From an uncultured Phycisphaeraceae bacterium (lineage in GTDB: Bacteria > Planctomycetota > Phycisphaerae > UBA1845), in NCBI GenBank assembly GCA_964494205.1, contig CAZBRD010000004.1, forward strand, positions 164,170 to 228,169: DNA of 64,000 bases, read 5' to 3'. The notes beneath the pieces are model-generated. The model searched no databases. It was not told the origin of the DNA and saw only the letters and a list, made by a program, of their open reading frames with translations. Position 1 is the first letter of the stretch. Each line of letters begins with the position of its first letter. The position numbers and the translations under genes are program-made. Positions 1-8,694 of this stretch are shown piece after piece.

Positions 1-1
1 A

Positions 2-283
2 GGCCGCATGAGACCACCCGGCCTCAAACAAGTCGAACTCGCTCAATCCGACGGCCGCTGGGACGCCGCCTACGACTCCTCACGCACCATCACGCTCCCC
101 GACGAGTTCGTCGCCGCCCTCACCAAAAACAAAAAAGCCAAGGCCTTCTACGACACACTCAACAAAGCCAACACCTACGCCATCGCCTGGCGCCTCCAAA
201 CCGCCAAACGCCCGGAAACCAAAGCCAAGCGCATGAAAGAAATCCTGGAAAGACTCAAACAGGGAAAAAAGCCTCACGAGTGA
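2..283 (+). CDS. YdeI/OmpD-associated family protein, C-terminal part (5' end outside window)
   Basis: The frame is open from the window edge to TGA at 281-283. The tail AFYDTLNKANTYAIAWRLQTAKRPETKAKRMKEILERL resembles the YdeI-type C-terminus (from memory). Confidence 0.55.
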   Translation, partial: GRMRPPGLKQVELAQSDGRWDAAYDSSRTITLPDEFVAALTKNKKAKAFYDTLNKANTYAIAWRLQTAKRPETKAKRMKEILERLKQGKKPHE

Positions 284-297
284 TGTGTAACCAGCTC

Positions 298-445
298 GTG
301 CGAAAATCCCTTCTCGTTCAACAAAGCCAGCTGGTGCGAGAATCCTTTCTCGCACAAGAACGCCGCGGCAGCGGCGATCGCGGTCAGCCCACGACGGAAG
401 TCGTGGGTTACCGAACGTGCAAACCCACTAAGCCCTGGCAAGGGC
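298..445. repeat. Cluster of REP-like hairpins in an intergenic region
   Basis: Four hairpins: gtgcgaaaatcccttctcg (298-316, imperfect), gtgcgagaatcctttctcgcac (334-355), cccacgac-ggaa-gtcgtggg (388-407) and gccctggcaagggc (432-445). The first two belong to the GTGCCGAGAA-N4-TTCTCGGCAC family seen elsewhere in the window. Confidence 0.7.
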
Positions 446-459
446 GACCCATCTTTTAC

Positions 460-1425
460 TTATTTTTCCGCTTGTGGTGGGTGCGTACTATCCTTTTGCT
501 TCGACGAACTCGGCTTGATCGAACACGCGGGATACCCAAACAGGCGACCACGTACAGACCAATACATCCGCGACAACCTCGTTCGAATGGACTCGCGCCG
601 ATAGATCGTTAGTCGCAGCGACACTCCTGCCGCCACCATCCTTTTTAACACACCCGGCGAAAGCCGATGCCAAGCAACAAAGGGCGCATCGCACCCTTCG
701 ATCCCAATATCGAAAACCCGCTCATCACACGAATCCCACGCGCGTCTGGCTTCGCCGCTCAAACTCTCGATCACGTCAAGGTGTCGCAGAATCGCCAACT
801 CCGGCTCGCGTCCACCATCCCCGCTGAAAATGAGCGACCATTGCCCTTCATGGCAGTGCAAAGCTTCTTCGTAACTGCAATCCAACTCTATGAGCGCAGC
901 ATTTAGAGCCGTGAGATCACTGGACGAGGTCAAATCAAGATCCGTATTCAGGTATTGATGTGATACATATGAGTTGAATCGACCGCTTCGCTTGGGCCAA
1001 ACACTGATGTCAAGTGTCGCACGCAACCGCGCCATGCGTTCGAGCAACGCTAACGAAAACGCAGGCCGCAAATGATACGGCTCATCGCCCGCATCGAAGC
1101 CGATCCTGATTTCCGGGTCACGACATTCTTGCCACAACGCGCACTCCTCTTGCCTGAACCCCTCGATCGCGGCGAGCAAGCTGGCGATGTCTGTCTCCGG
1201 TTCGTTCTTCCCTTGAGCCTTTCCACCGATGGACCAATGTTCGTCCTGATAACAATCGCAATAAACGTCAACGAGCCCGCCAGCCTTGAGCGCAGGCACA
1301 AGCAATTGCAAATCCCACTTCGCCGAAGTCGAAATGCTGGCATACCTGAATCGAGTCTTCGACTTCACGATCGATGTACTCTCACGCTGAGCAACTCCAA
1401 CGACTCCGCTATTTCCCACCGGCAT
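460..1425 (-). CDS. Hypothetical protein with an internal tandem duplication of a ~120-aa domain (DUF4279-like pattern)
   Basis: 321-aa ORF. The two halves align by eye: EHWSIGGKAQGKNEPETDIASLLAAIE...RIGFDAG...LALLERMARLRATLDISVW versus GQWSLIFSGDGGREPELAILRHLDVIE...VFDIGIEG...PGVLKRMVAAGVSLRLTIY. It starts 6 nt after the stop of the upstream gene. Confidence 0.6.
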   Translation of the reverse strand: MPVGNSGVVGVAQRESTSIVKSKTRFRYASISTSAKWDLQLLVPALKAGGLVDVYCDCYQDEHWSIGGKAQGKNEPETDIASLLAAIEGFRQEECALWQECRDPEIRIGFDAGDEPYHLRPAFSLALLERMARLRATLDISVWPKRSGRFNSYVSHQYLNTDLDLTSSSDLTALNAALIELDCSYEEALHCHEGQWSLIFSGDGGREPELAILRHLDVIESLSGEARRAWDSCDERVFDIGIEGCDAPFVAWHRLSPGVLKRMVAAGVSLRLTIYRRESIRTRLSRMYWSVRGRLFGYPACSIKPSSSKQKDSTHPPQAEK

Positions 1426-1431
1426 TGTCGA

Positions 1432-1815
1432 CTAGTCACCACCACCGCCCCCACCTCCTCCCCCGCCGTCACCACCGCCTCCACAATCGCCCCCTCCGCC
1501 ACTGCCTGAATCGCACGAACCAGCGTCTCCGCCGCTCGCGTCGCCGCATCCAGTGGGATCATTCGGATCGCACGAAATCTGCTGACTCCAGGGTCCATCC
1601 CCACCAGCTGATCCGTGGCCATGATGCTTGTGCGGACGATCATCCGAACCGCCACCGCCACCCCCGAGCCAAAACATGCCGCCGGAAAGGTCGCCGCCCG
1701 CATTAGATTGATGCTGCGACCCCGACCCCCAACCTTGTCGCCGTGCATTAGCCAAGGCCCTGGCAATCAAGAAAACCACAAACGCCGCAGCCGCCACAAT
1801 GATGATGACCAGCAT
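1432..1815 (-). CDS. Small membrane-anchored Gly/Asp/His/Cys-rich protein
   Basis: N-terminal TM helix MLVIIIVAAAAFVVFLIARALA, followed by low-complexity GGGGGGSDD...HKHHGHG...CGD..CDSGSGGGGDCGGGGDGGGGGGGGGGD. It is co-oriented and nearly abutting 460-1425. Coding status is uncertain because of the low complexity. Confidence 0.45.
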   Translation of the reverse strand: MLVIIIVAAAAFVVFLIARALANARRQGWGSGSQHQSNAGGDLSGGMFWLGGGGGGSDDRPHKHHGHGSAGGDGPWSQQISCDPNDPTGCGDASGGDAGSCDSGSGGGGDCGGGGDGGGGGGGGGGD

Positions 1816-2307
1816 GTTGATTCTCCCAAGGAGTTGCTTCAGACCGATGGCACATGAGTTTCGCCCGTAGGGCGCACGATAGTTGCCAGGGGCCTTCCAG
1901 CCCCTGGATTAGTGCTTTTTCCATTGCCTCGCCCGGAGGGCGAACGAAGGCACTGGTTTCCATTCAGGGTGACAATACTTGGCTCTAATAAGCAAAAGTC
2001 ACGCGCTCGGCGCAAATCACGACCGGAGCGTGCGCGCTCCCAGTTATGGCTATACCATGAGCATTCGCCGCGCTATTCGATTTTCACAACGTCTGAATGA
2101 TGAAAAGTGCCACCACGTGTCACTAGTTAATAGAATTTTTCACGCTAGCGAACCCTAGCCATTTGAAACCCGAACCGCAAGAATTGCAGCGAAAACTGAC
2201 AAAGTCTCACACGGAGACCGCTCTGAGACATCAACAAAGGCAATTTGCGGTCATCGAACCTTTGCGCCTTGGCGTCTATTCGCGAGACCAGAAGCCGTAC
2301 GATCCGA

Positions 2308-3018
2308 TCAGCTCGCCCCGAGCACCTGCTCGCGAACCCACTCTGCCGTCACGCCCTTCTGCTTCAGCGCCAGCGAAACCCGCGTCTTCTCATCGCGAAG
2401 CAGCGCCATCAACAGATGCTCGGGCTCAACCTCGCCTGCACCCGCACGGTTTGCGGTATCCACTGCCAGAATCATCGTGTGCCAGAACTTGGCACTGCGA
2501 AATGCCTTCGAAAGTTCTTGCTGGTGCACCCACTCGAAATCACCGTGGCGCGAATGCGCAAGGTCATGCGTGGCATCCACGTTCGATTGCAAAAGTCCCA
2601 GCGTTTTCTCACGGAGTCGGTCCAGTTGCACGCCCTGCTCGCGCAGCACTTTCGACGGCAAGCCCTCGGTATGCCCCAGCAGCGCCAGCACAAGATGCTC
2701 GGTGCCCACATACTTGTGGCTGAATTTCCGCGCTTCTTCGATGGCTCGCGAAATGACCTCTTTCGTGCCCTTCGTATGCGCCCGACGTCCAACGCCCGAA
2801 TGCCCCTCCTGATGCTCCATCCGCTCGCTGACTTGATCGCGAACCTTCACGAGGTCCACGTCGAACAACCGCAGCGCTTCGGTGGCCACGCATTGCCCTT
2901 CGGCGATCAACCCAAGCATGATGTGCTCAGGCGCGAGGTAATCATCGTTCAACTTGCTGGCCTCGAGATTCGCCAGGGCCATGGCATGGCGAGCGCGGTC
3001 AGAAAAGCGTTCAAACAT
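2308..3018 (-). CDS. Stand-alone Clp N-terminal (Clp_N repeat) domain protein
   Basis: Repeated Clp_N-type motifs: FERFSDRARHAMALANLEA...PEHIMLGLI, ...YVGTEHLVLALLG... and ...VEPEHLLMALLRDE. No AAA+ module follows. Confidence 0.8.
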   Translation of the reverse strand: MFERFSDRARHAMALANLEASKLNDDYLAPEHIMLGLIAEGQCVATEALRLFDVDLVKVRDQVSERMEHQEGHSGVGRRAHTKGTKEVISRAIEEARKFSHKYVGTEHLVLALLGHTEGLPSKVLREQGVQLDRLREKTLGLLQSNVDATHDLAHSRHGDFEWVHQQELSKAFRSAKFWHTMILAVDTANRAGAGEVEPEHLLMALLRDEKTRVSLALKQKGVTAEWVREQVLGAS

Positions 3019-3156
3019 GAGGGTCTCTCTCCTTCAAACAAGAAACTTTCGACGAGGTGGCAGTGTACCGCCAAGGTGGGAATCAAGCCAGAACTGACTC
3101 GCGAAAAGGGCCGGCAGACTTGTGAATCGTTGGCGAAGCGGTGGGCTGCGACCTGC

Positions 3157-5847
3157 CTATTCGTCGGCAAAACCAGCCAGAACATGCTCCGGCAATTCGT
3201 GGTCCGCCTGATCCGGGAAGGATTGTGTATGCGGTTCGTCCGCGAGATTGTTCGCCAGCTGTTGGAACGCAGTGGAGCAGTTCTGGAATGCTTCCACGAC
3301 GTTGGGGTCGAACTGCGCCCCCGACGACGATTGAATCAGCGAAACAGCCTTTTCATGCGAAAGTGCGTTCTTATAGACTCGCTCGGTCGTCAGCGCATCG
3401 TACACATCCGCCACCGCCGCGATACGCGCCGCCAGCGGGATCTCTTCGCGCGCCACCCCGCGCGGGTAGCCTTGGCCATTGTACCACTCATGATGAGCGA
3501 AGGCGATGTCCGCCGCCATCATCAGGAACTTCGCACCCGGTGTCCGGTCCACGACCGATTGGATGGCCTTCGCGCCGATGCGGGTGTGTGTTCGCATGAT
3601 CGCGCGTTCGTCCGGCGTGAGTTGCGCGGGCTTGTAGAGAATGTTGTCCGGAATGGCTACCTTTCCGATGTCATGCAGTGGCACCGCACGCCGCAGATCG
3701 GATATGAATTGATCGCTGATCTGCGAGCCATAGCAATTCAACGCCCGGAGTTCATTCGCGAGAATGAGACAGAATTGCGTCACGCGATCGAGGTGACGTC
3801 CCGTGTCCGAATCGCGATACTCCGCCAGTTTGGCCAGCGCGACAACAATCGAATCTCGCGCTTCGTCGCGCGCCTTGCGACTAAGGCAATCGTTGATGGC
3901 CGACGCCGCGATGTTGCCGACCAGCTCGACATATTCAAGTTCCAGCGGCGCGAACTCCTCTCCCGTCTGGCGGCCTGCGATGGTCATCACCCCGACGATC
4001 GATTCAGGCGATTGCAGCGGCAACACTACAGCCGGTGCATCCGCCAGCAGGAAATGATCAGGGCTGTCGGCGTCACTTTGGCTCAGCACAATGCAGCCCG
4101 ACGACACGGCAGAGCCGTCAAAAACAGTCCCCACCGGCCCAACACCGCGACGCAAGCGCAATCGATCCGCCTGTTCCCCATCAAGTCCGATCGAGCGGGC
4201 CACTTCAAGCAACTGACCCGAACGATCCGGCAGAAGCACAGCTACCTGACGACAGCAAGTCAACTCTGCCATGGCGGCCACACTTCGTTCCATGACAACG
4301 GCGAGCGATTCGGCCGCAGCCAATCGCCAGCAAAACTCGGACACCAGCGCCAACGCGCGCGACTGCTCTCCGCGAACGGCGTTGCTGCGTTGCAGCGATC
4401 GCCGCAACCGCACCATGGTCTCGATGCGCCGCGAGAGAACGACAAGCGATATGGGTTTGACGACATACTCGTCAATTCGAGAATCGAACTGTTGGCAAGT
4501 CGAAAGCGTTTGTCGATCCAACGCAAGCACGATCGGAACTTCGCGTGTGACGGGATCGGCCTTCAGCGAATCAAGCCACTGTCTTCGCGAGCTTTCATCC
4601 AGGGAATCATTAATGAATATTACATCCGGCAATTCAAGCAGCTGACCAGTGCCCACGACACCCGGTTCCACTTCGAGAAGCGCACAGCCGATTTGCTTCA
4701 TGGCATCGCGAAGCGGATCAGCCGAACGGCGGTCAGCTCCAACCAGCAGGACCCTTGCTTCCTTGATAGCGAATTCCTCAGAAGTCGGCGCGATCGCAGA
4801 AACAGCTCCGGGCCGACCAGACTCAGCTTCCTGCTTCAACGTATTAGGCATCTCGAGATCGTCAGACGAAGCGGCGAAAACGCGATTACGTCCCGAGTTC
4901 TTGGCTTCGTACAAGGAGTGATCCGCCAGACGCACCAGATCGTCCGGTTGCTTCATGTCCGGCCTGCGGTCGGCTACGCCCAGGCTGATCGAAACGCTCA
5001 GCGGTTTCCCCTGGACCGTAATCACCCCCGCCTGAACAGTTGCCCGCATGCGCTCGGCCGCTCGAACGGCCTGGGCAGCTGTCGAACGCGGACAGACGAC
5101 AAGAAACTCCTCGCCGCCGATACGATAAACGGGTTCACCGGCGCGGGCCGCACGGCGCAACAAGCGGGAAGTTTCCTTCAACACCACATCGCCGACCGCG
5201 TGCCCATAAGTGTCATTCAGCCGCTTGAAGTGATCGATGTCGATCATAATGCATGCGAGCGGTTCCTGATGTCGTGCAGACGTAATCCACAATTCGCTCA
5301 AATGTGCAAAGGCCTCGCGTCGATTGGGTAAGCCGGTCAATTCATCTGTAGTTGCAAGGTCTTTGAGTTTCCGGTTGGCCTCGGCGAGCTGATTGTTCGC
5401 GATTTCGGCCAGTGCGTTGGATCGATGCACTTCGCGGTTCTTGGCTTCGAGCTCACGCTGCAATTTCAGGTTTCGCTCGGCTGCGCGAATGCGCGCCAGC
5501 AATTCGCGGCGATCAACGGGCTTCGAAATGCAATCATCCGCGCCCGCGTCAAACGCGTCGATGAATATCTCGCGATCGTTTTGTGCGGTGAGAAGAATGA
5601 TATGCGCGAATCGAATGCCTTCGTGCGAACGGATCGCCCTGCAAAGGTCCAATCCATCCATTTCGGGCATGATCCAGTCGGTAATGACCAGCGAAATACC
5701 CTCGGCCAGAAGGATGCGCATGGCTTCCGCGCCGTTGTTCGCGGTTAATGTGGAATAACCCGCCTGAGCAAGTTGCCGCTCGAGGAGTTGAACGATGGAT
5801 GCGTCGTCATCCACGATCAGAATCGTCCGAGTTTGGGTGTCGGACAT
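3157..5847 (-). CDS. Response regulator with GGDEF diguanylate cyclase, degenerate REC-like, GAF and HD-GYP phosphodiesterase domains
   Basis: REC: ILIVDDD...VITDWIMPEMDG. GGDEF: DELTGLPNRR...HFKRLNDTYGHAVGD...RIGGEEF. HD-GYP: HLDRVT...PLHDIGKVAIP...HHEWYNGQGYPRG...ADVYDALT. The ATG at 5847 was chosen because it lies 1 nt after the HDOD gene stop; the ORF track start is 5892. Confidence 0.9.
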   Translation of the reverse strand: MSDTQTRTILIVDDDASIVQLLERQLAQAGYSTLTANNGAEAMRILLAEGISLVITDWIMPEMDGLDLCRAIRSHEGIRFAHIILLTAQNDREIFIDAFDAGADDCISKPVDRRELLARIRAAERNLKLQRELEAKNREVHRSNALAEIANNQLAEANRKLKDLATTDELTGLPNRREAFAHLSELWITSARHQEPLACIMIDIDHFKRLNDTYGHAVGDVVLKETSRLLRRAARAGEPVYRIGGEEFLVVCPRSTAAQAVRAAERMRATVQAGVITVQGKPLSVSISLGVADRRPDMKQPDDLVRLADHSLYEAKNSGRNRVFAASSDDLEMPNTLKQEAESGRPGAVSAIAPTSEEFAIKEARVLLVGADRRSADPLRDAMKQIGCALLEVEPGVVGTGQLLELPDVIFINDSLDESSRRQWLDSLKADPVTREVPIVLALDRQTLSTCQQFDSRIDEYVVKPISLVVLSRRIETMVRLRRSLQRSNAVRGEQSRALALVSEFCWRLAAAESLAVVMERSVAAMAELTCCRQVAVLLPDRSGQLLEVARSIGLDGEQADRLRLRRGVGPVGTVFDGSAVSSGCIVLSQSDADSPDHFLLADAPAVVLPLQSPESIVGVMTIAGRQTGEEFAPLELEYVELVGNIAASAINDCLSRKARDEARDSIVVALAKLAEYRDSDTGRHLDRVTQFCLILANELRALNCYGSQISDQFISDLRRAVPLHDIGKVAIPDNILYKPAQLTPDERAIMRTHTRIGAKAIQSVVDRTPGAKFLMMAADIAFAHHEWYNGQGYPRGVAREEIPLAARIAAVADVYDALTTERVYKNALSHEKAVSLIQSSSGAQFDPNVVEAFQNCSTAFQQLANNLADEPHTQSFPDQADHELPEHVLAGFADE

Positions 5848-5848
5848 A

Positions 5849-6838
5849 CTAACGCTCCGATCGGGCGGTAATCGCTGCGACCTCATCGTCAAGCGCGCCT
5901 ACAGTCTCGCGAGTTCTTTGTGCCTGCGCATATATCTCGGCGAGCGGTGGAACACGTCGCGTTTTGACTTGATAGACCTCGGCGGCCTCGCGCCATTCTC
6001 CAGAGATGGCATCGAATACTTCATGGTAAACATCAGGCGGAATGCCCAACCGGTTGGCCTTGATGGTCAATTCAGACAAGGCGTCGCGATGTACCGAGTC
6101 CTGCGTAAGTATGGCGGACACGACCCCGGAGAAATGAAGAATTTGCGACATCGATTGCGAACGGTTTTCAGGTGTCTTCTTCAGCGTTTCGGGATCGTCC
6201 TGATTCAGAACGGCCTGAGAGAATACTTCGGGGATATGCCAGTCAGCCATCATCATGCAGGTCAGTTCGTTGTGGTTCACCTGAAACATGGAGGTCTCAA
6301 GTTCCGCGAGTTCGGATGGATCTCCCTGGTGGACGACACGCAGGACGGCCTCGTATCGATCGGGGAACACTGTCGCCAGTGCCAAACGACCTACCTTGCT
6401 CAAGAGTCCACATGTGAACGCTTCGTCCGGTGCGAAAGTTCGCAATCGTTGGGCCAAGTGACGGGTTGAGGTAGCGCGAGCCAACGAATCGGCCCAGAAG
6501 TTGTCGTAGTCAAAGGCTGCACACTTTCCGATGCGATAGTTTTTGACCAGCGAAAAGCTCAAGGAAAGCGTCGTGACCGTTCTTAGTCCCAGCAACGCCA
6601 CCGCGCGCATGACCGACGCTACCTGTCGAGACATACCTGCCAGGGGAGAGTTGACGACTTTCAGTAGTCGGCCGGAAAGCGCGGGATCCGATTCCACCAC
6701 CTCAGCAATAGATTCCAATTTGATATCAGGATTGTCTGCAAGCTCGAGGATGCGCAGCGCAACGCCGGTGGGAGACGGCAAATTGCCAGAGGTCTTGATT
6801 TCGTTGTATGCCTGGCTCGCCATGTACATCTCAGCCAA
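5849..6838 (-). CDS. HDOD domain protein
   Basis: NLPSPTGVALRILELADNPDIKLESIAEVVESDPALSGRLLKVVNSPLAG...AVALLGLRTV is the typical HDOD pattern. It is immediately upstream of, and co-oriented with, the GGDEF/HD-GYP gene. Confidence 0.85.
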   Translation of the reverse strand: MAEMYMASQAYNEIKTSGNLPSPTGVALRILELADNPDIKLESIAEVVESDPALSGRLLKVVNSPLAGMSRQVASVMRAVALLGLRTVTTLSLSFSLVKNYRIGKCAAFDYDNFWADSLARATSTRHLAQRLRTFAPDEAFTCGLLSKVGRLALATVFPDRYEAVLRVVHQGDPSELAELETSMFQVNHNELTCMMMADWHIPEVFSQAVLNQDDPETLKKTPENRSQSMSQILHFSGVVSAILTQDSVHRDALSELTIKANRLGIPPDVYHEVFDAISGEWREAAEVYQVKTRRVPPLAEIYAQAQRTRETVGALDDEVAAITARSER

Positions 6839-7208
6839 GTTACGGACGACAGCATTCCGTCCTCGACGATTTCTCGTCGTCCAACCATCAACGAAACAAC
6901 AAGAGTGGTCGGAAATGAATGGTGATGCGGCCAGGAGAGCTTTCGCCGCGAAAACACATCGGCGGGCGGCCCTCCTAAACGCAGAAGCACCAGTATTACC
7001 TACCAGTTCTTGCGGACCCCACGCTGAAAGTTCATCGTCCCTTCAGGTGTAACGGGTGAATTCAAGGTGGGTTCGGGACTTCGACGCTGAAAGAGCGAAA
7101 TCACTACTTGAATATCTGAATTGGTCGTCCCATAAGGGTTACGAATTGGATTCGTGACAGACGAATCAAGCGCTTTTGCGCGGCAAACGTGGATTCGTCA
7201 GCGAAAGG

Positions 7209-8648
7209 TTATCGAACCGAAACGCCAGCCAACTCTGCCGCAAGTCGACGCATTGGCTCATAGGGATCCTGAAGAATGGGGGCATGGGTTGGGTCATTGG
7301 GCAGCGTGGCGGGTGTTAGATGAGAGAACTGGCGATAGCGCAGCGTTATTTCACCGTCGTCCTTGTGCCGCCAGATTTCTATGAACCGGCCTTCCTGCGG
7401 GGCATCCATCAGCGAACCCGTCACGATTTCGAGATATCCCCCGCGATCGATGACGGCGTTTCGATGCCAATGCCCGGCGAGGTGCATTTTCACGCATGGA
7501 AACTCGTTGAGCAGATCGACCATGGAACTCTCAACCAGACTCGATCCGTAGACAGACAATAATGAACCGCTCGGGTGATGAGTGGCCACGATCACAACTT
7601 CACCAGCCTCTTCGGCCTTTTCCAGCTCGCGACGCAGAAACGCGCGCTGTGCCACTGAGATGGCACCCTCTGAATGGACAATGGTCGGCAACTCGATGGC
7701 TGGCGTAGATGAGTTCAAAACGATCAGCCGTATCCCCGGAGCAGCCAACGTGCTGAACCACGTGCGATCGGGACGATCAAGATCAAACCCGTGGCCAGAA
7801 GGTTCACCGACGCTTGTTCCAAATAATTCAACGGCTTCCGTCCACGTCGCGAATCGCCTTGCTTCGTTCGGCTCCACGTAGGTAGCCAACCCAACCGTCG
7901 GGGGCCCGGGATTTGCGTCCGTGATAACTCCCCAGCCGAAGGATGCGAGCGGGTCGAGTCGAACCGGCAGCGTGAAACCGACTCTCTGCTGATACGGTAG
8001 CGGGCTGATCAAATGCCCGAACGCATCTGAGACAATCGGGAACACACCCACGGCGAAATGATCATGATTACCAAAAACGTTGTACCAGGCGATCGTCGGC
8101 AGCGGTCCATGCACGCCGTTGCGATACAGACCCTGCGCTGTGAACGGCTCATGCGGGTCCATCAATGGTTCGGGCTTCATATCATCGCTGCGATCATCTG
8201 GTCCCGATCGCGGATCGATGAGGCCGCCGTCGAACACACCCACGAACCATTGCCACTCGTTCCATTGATTGTTGTCAACCGCGTCGCCGGTGTGAACGAC
8301 AAAATGCACCGGCCCTTCTGCCACGTGCAGCTTGTTGATTGCTCGGAGCGTGCCGTCGAGGACCTGTGTCGAGTAAGCCTCCTGCGGCCGCCACGCGCTT
8401 CGCGTTAATTCTGCAAACAGCGTCAGACGCGCGGGAGACTCTTCGTCGGTCACGTGGGCATCGCTGATGTGCGCAAACCTCGCCAATAGTTCATACCGCG
8501 TGGGGTCAATCGGCTCGTTCGATTCGTTCGGCAGATAAACATCCTGAACAGCTCCGCAGCCGCTGAATAGTGAAATCCATAGCCAAACAGAGTTGACGGC
8601 TAATTGCCGAAAGCAAGTTCGCATCCTTGGACTACACCCAGCGCGCAT
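7209..8648 (-). CDS. Calcineurin-like metallophosphoesterase, probable lipoprotein
   Basis: Metallophosphoesterase motifs: HISDAHV, HTGDAVDN, GNHDHF, ATHHP and GHWHRN. N-terminal signal with lipobox-like LFSGC. Confidence 0.8.
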   Translation of the reverse strand: MRAGCSPRMRTCFRQLAVNSVWLWISLFSGCGAVQDVYLPNESNEPIDPTRYELLARFAHISDAHVTDEESPARLTLFAELTRSAWRPQEAYSTQVLDGTLRAINKLHVAEGPVHFVVHTGDAVDNNQWNEWQWFVGVFDGGLIDPRSGPDDRSDDMKPEPLMDPHEPFTAQGLYRNGVHGPLPTIAWYNVFGNHDHFAVGVFPIVSDAFGHLISPLPYQQRVGFTLPVRLDPLASFGWGVITDANPGPPTVGLATYVEPNEARRFATWTEAVELFGTSVGEPSGHGFDLDRPDRTWFSTLAAPGIRLIVLNSSTPAIELPTIVHSEGAISVAQRAFLRRELEKAEEAGEVVIVATHHPSGSLLSVYGSSLVESSMVDLLNEFPCVKMHLAGHWHRNAVIDRGGYLEIVTGSLMDAPQEGRFIEIWRHKDDGEITLRYRQFSHLTPATLPNDPTHAPILQDPYEPMRRLAAELAGVSVR

Positions 8649-8694
8649 GTGGCAATCCTAACTGATTTCGCCGTTAAGTCTCCGTGCGACTCGC

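Noticed and set aside
2245-5331. 1028-aa ORF on the + strand, the longest ORF in this part of the window.
   Set aside because: It lies antisense to two well-supported genes (Clp_N protein and REC-GGDEF-GAF-HD-GYP). Its product is Arg/His/Leu-rich with no motifs, and it begins inside a repeat copy. This is a typical shadow ORF of GC-rich DNA.
5848-5892. Upstream ATG at 5892 for the REC-GGDEF gene. Similar 5' extensions exist for 25793-25891, 48523-48624, 58040-58159, 59854-59877, 32076-32168 and 24392-24466.
   Set aside because: The extensions overlap upstream genes or repeat copies and precede better starts with SD-like sequences or signal peptides. The internal Met codons were preferred, though they are not proven.
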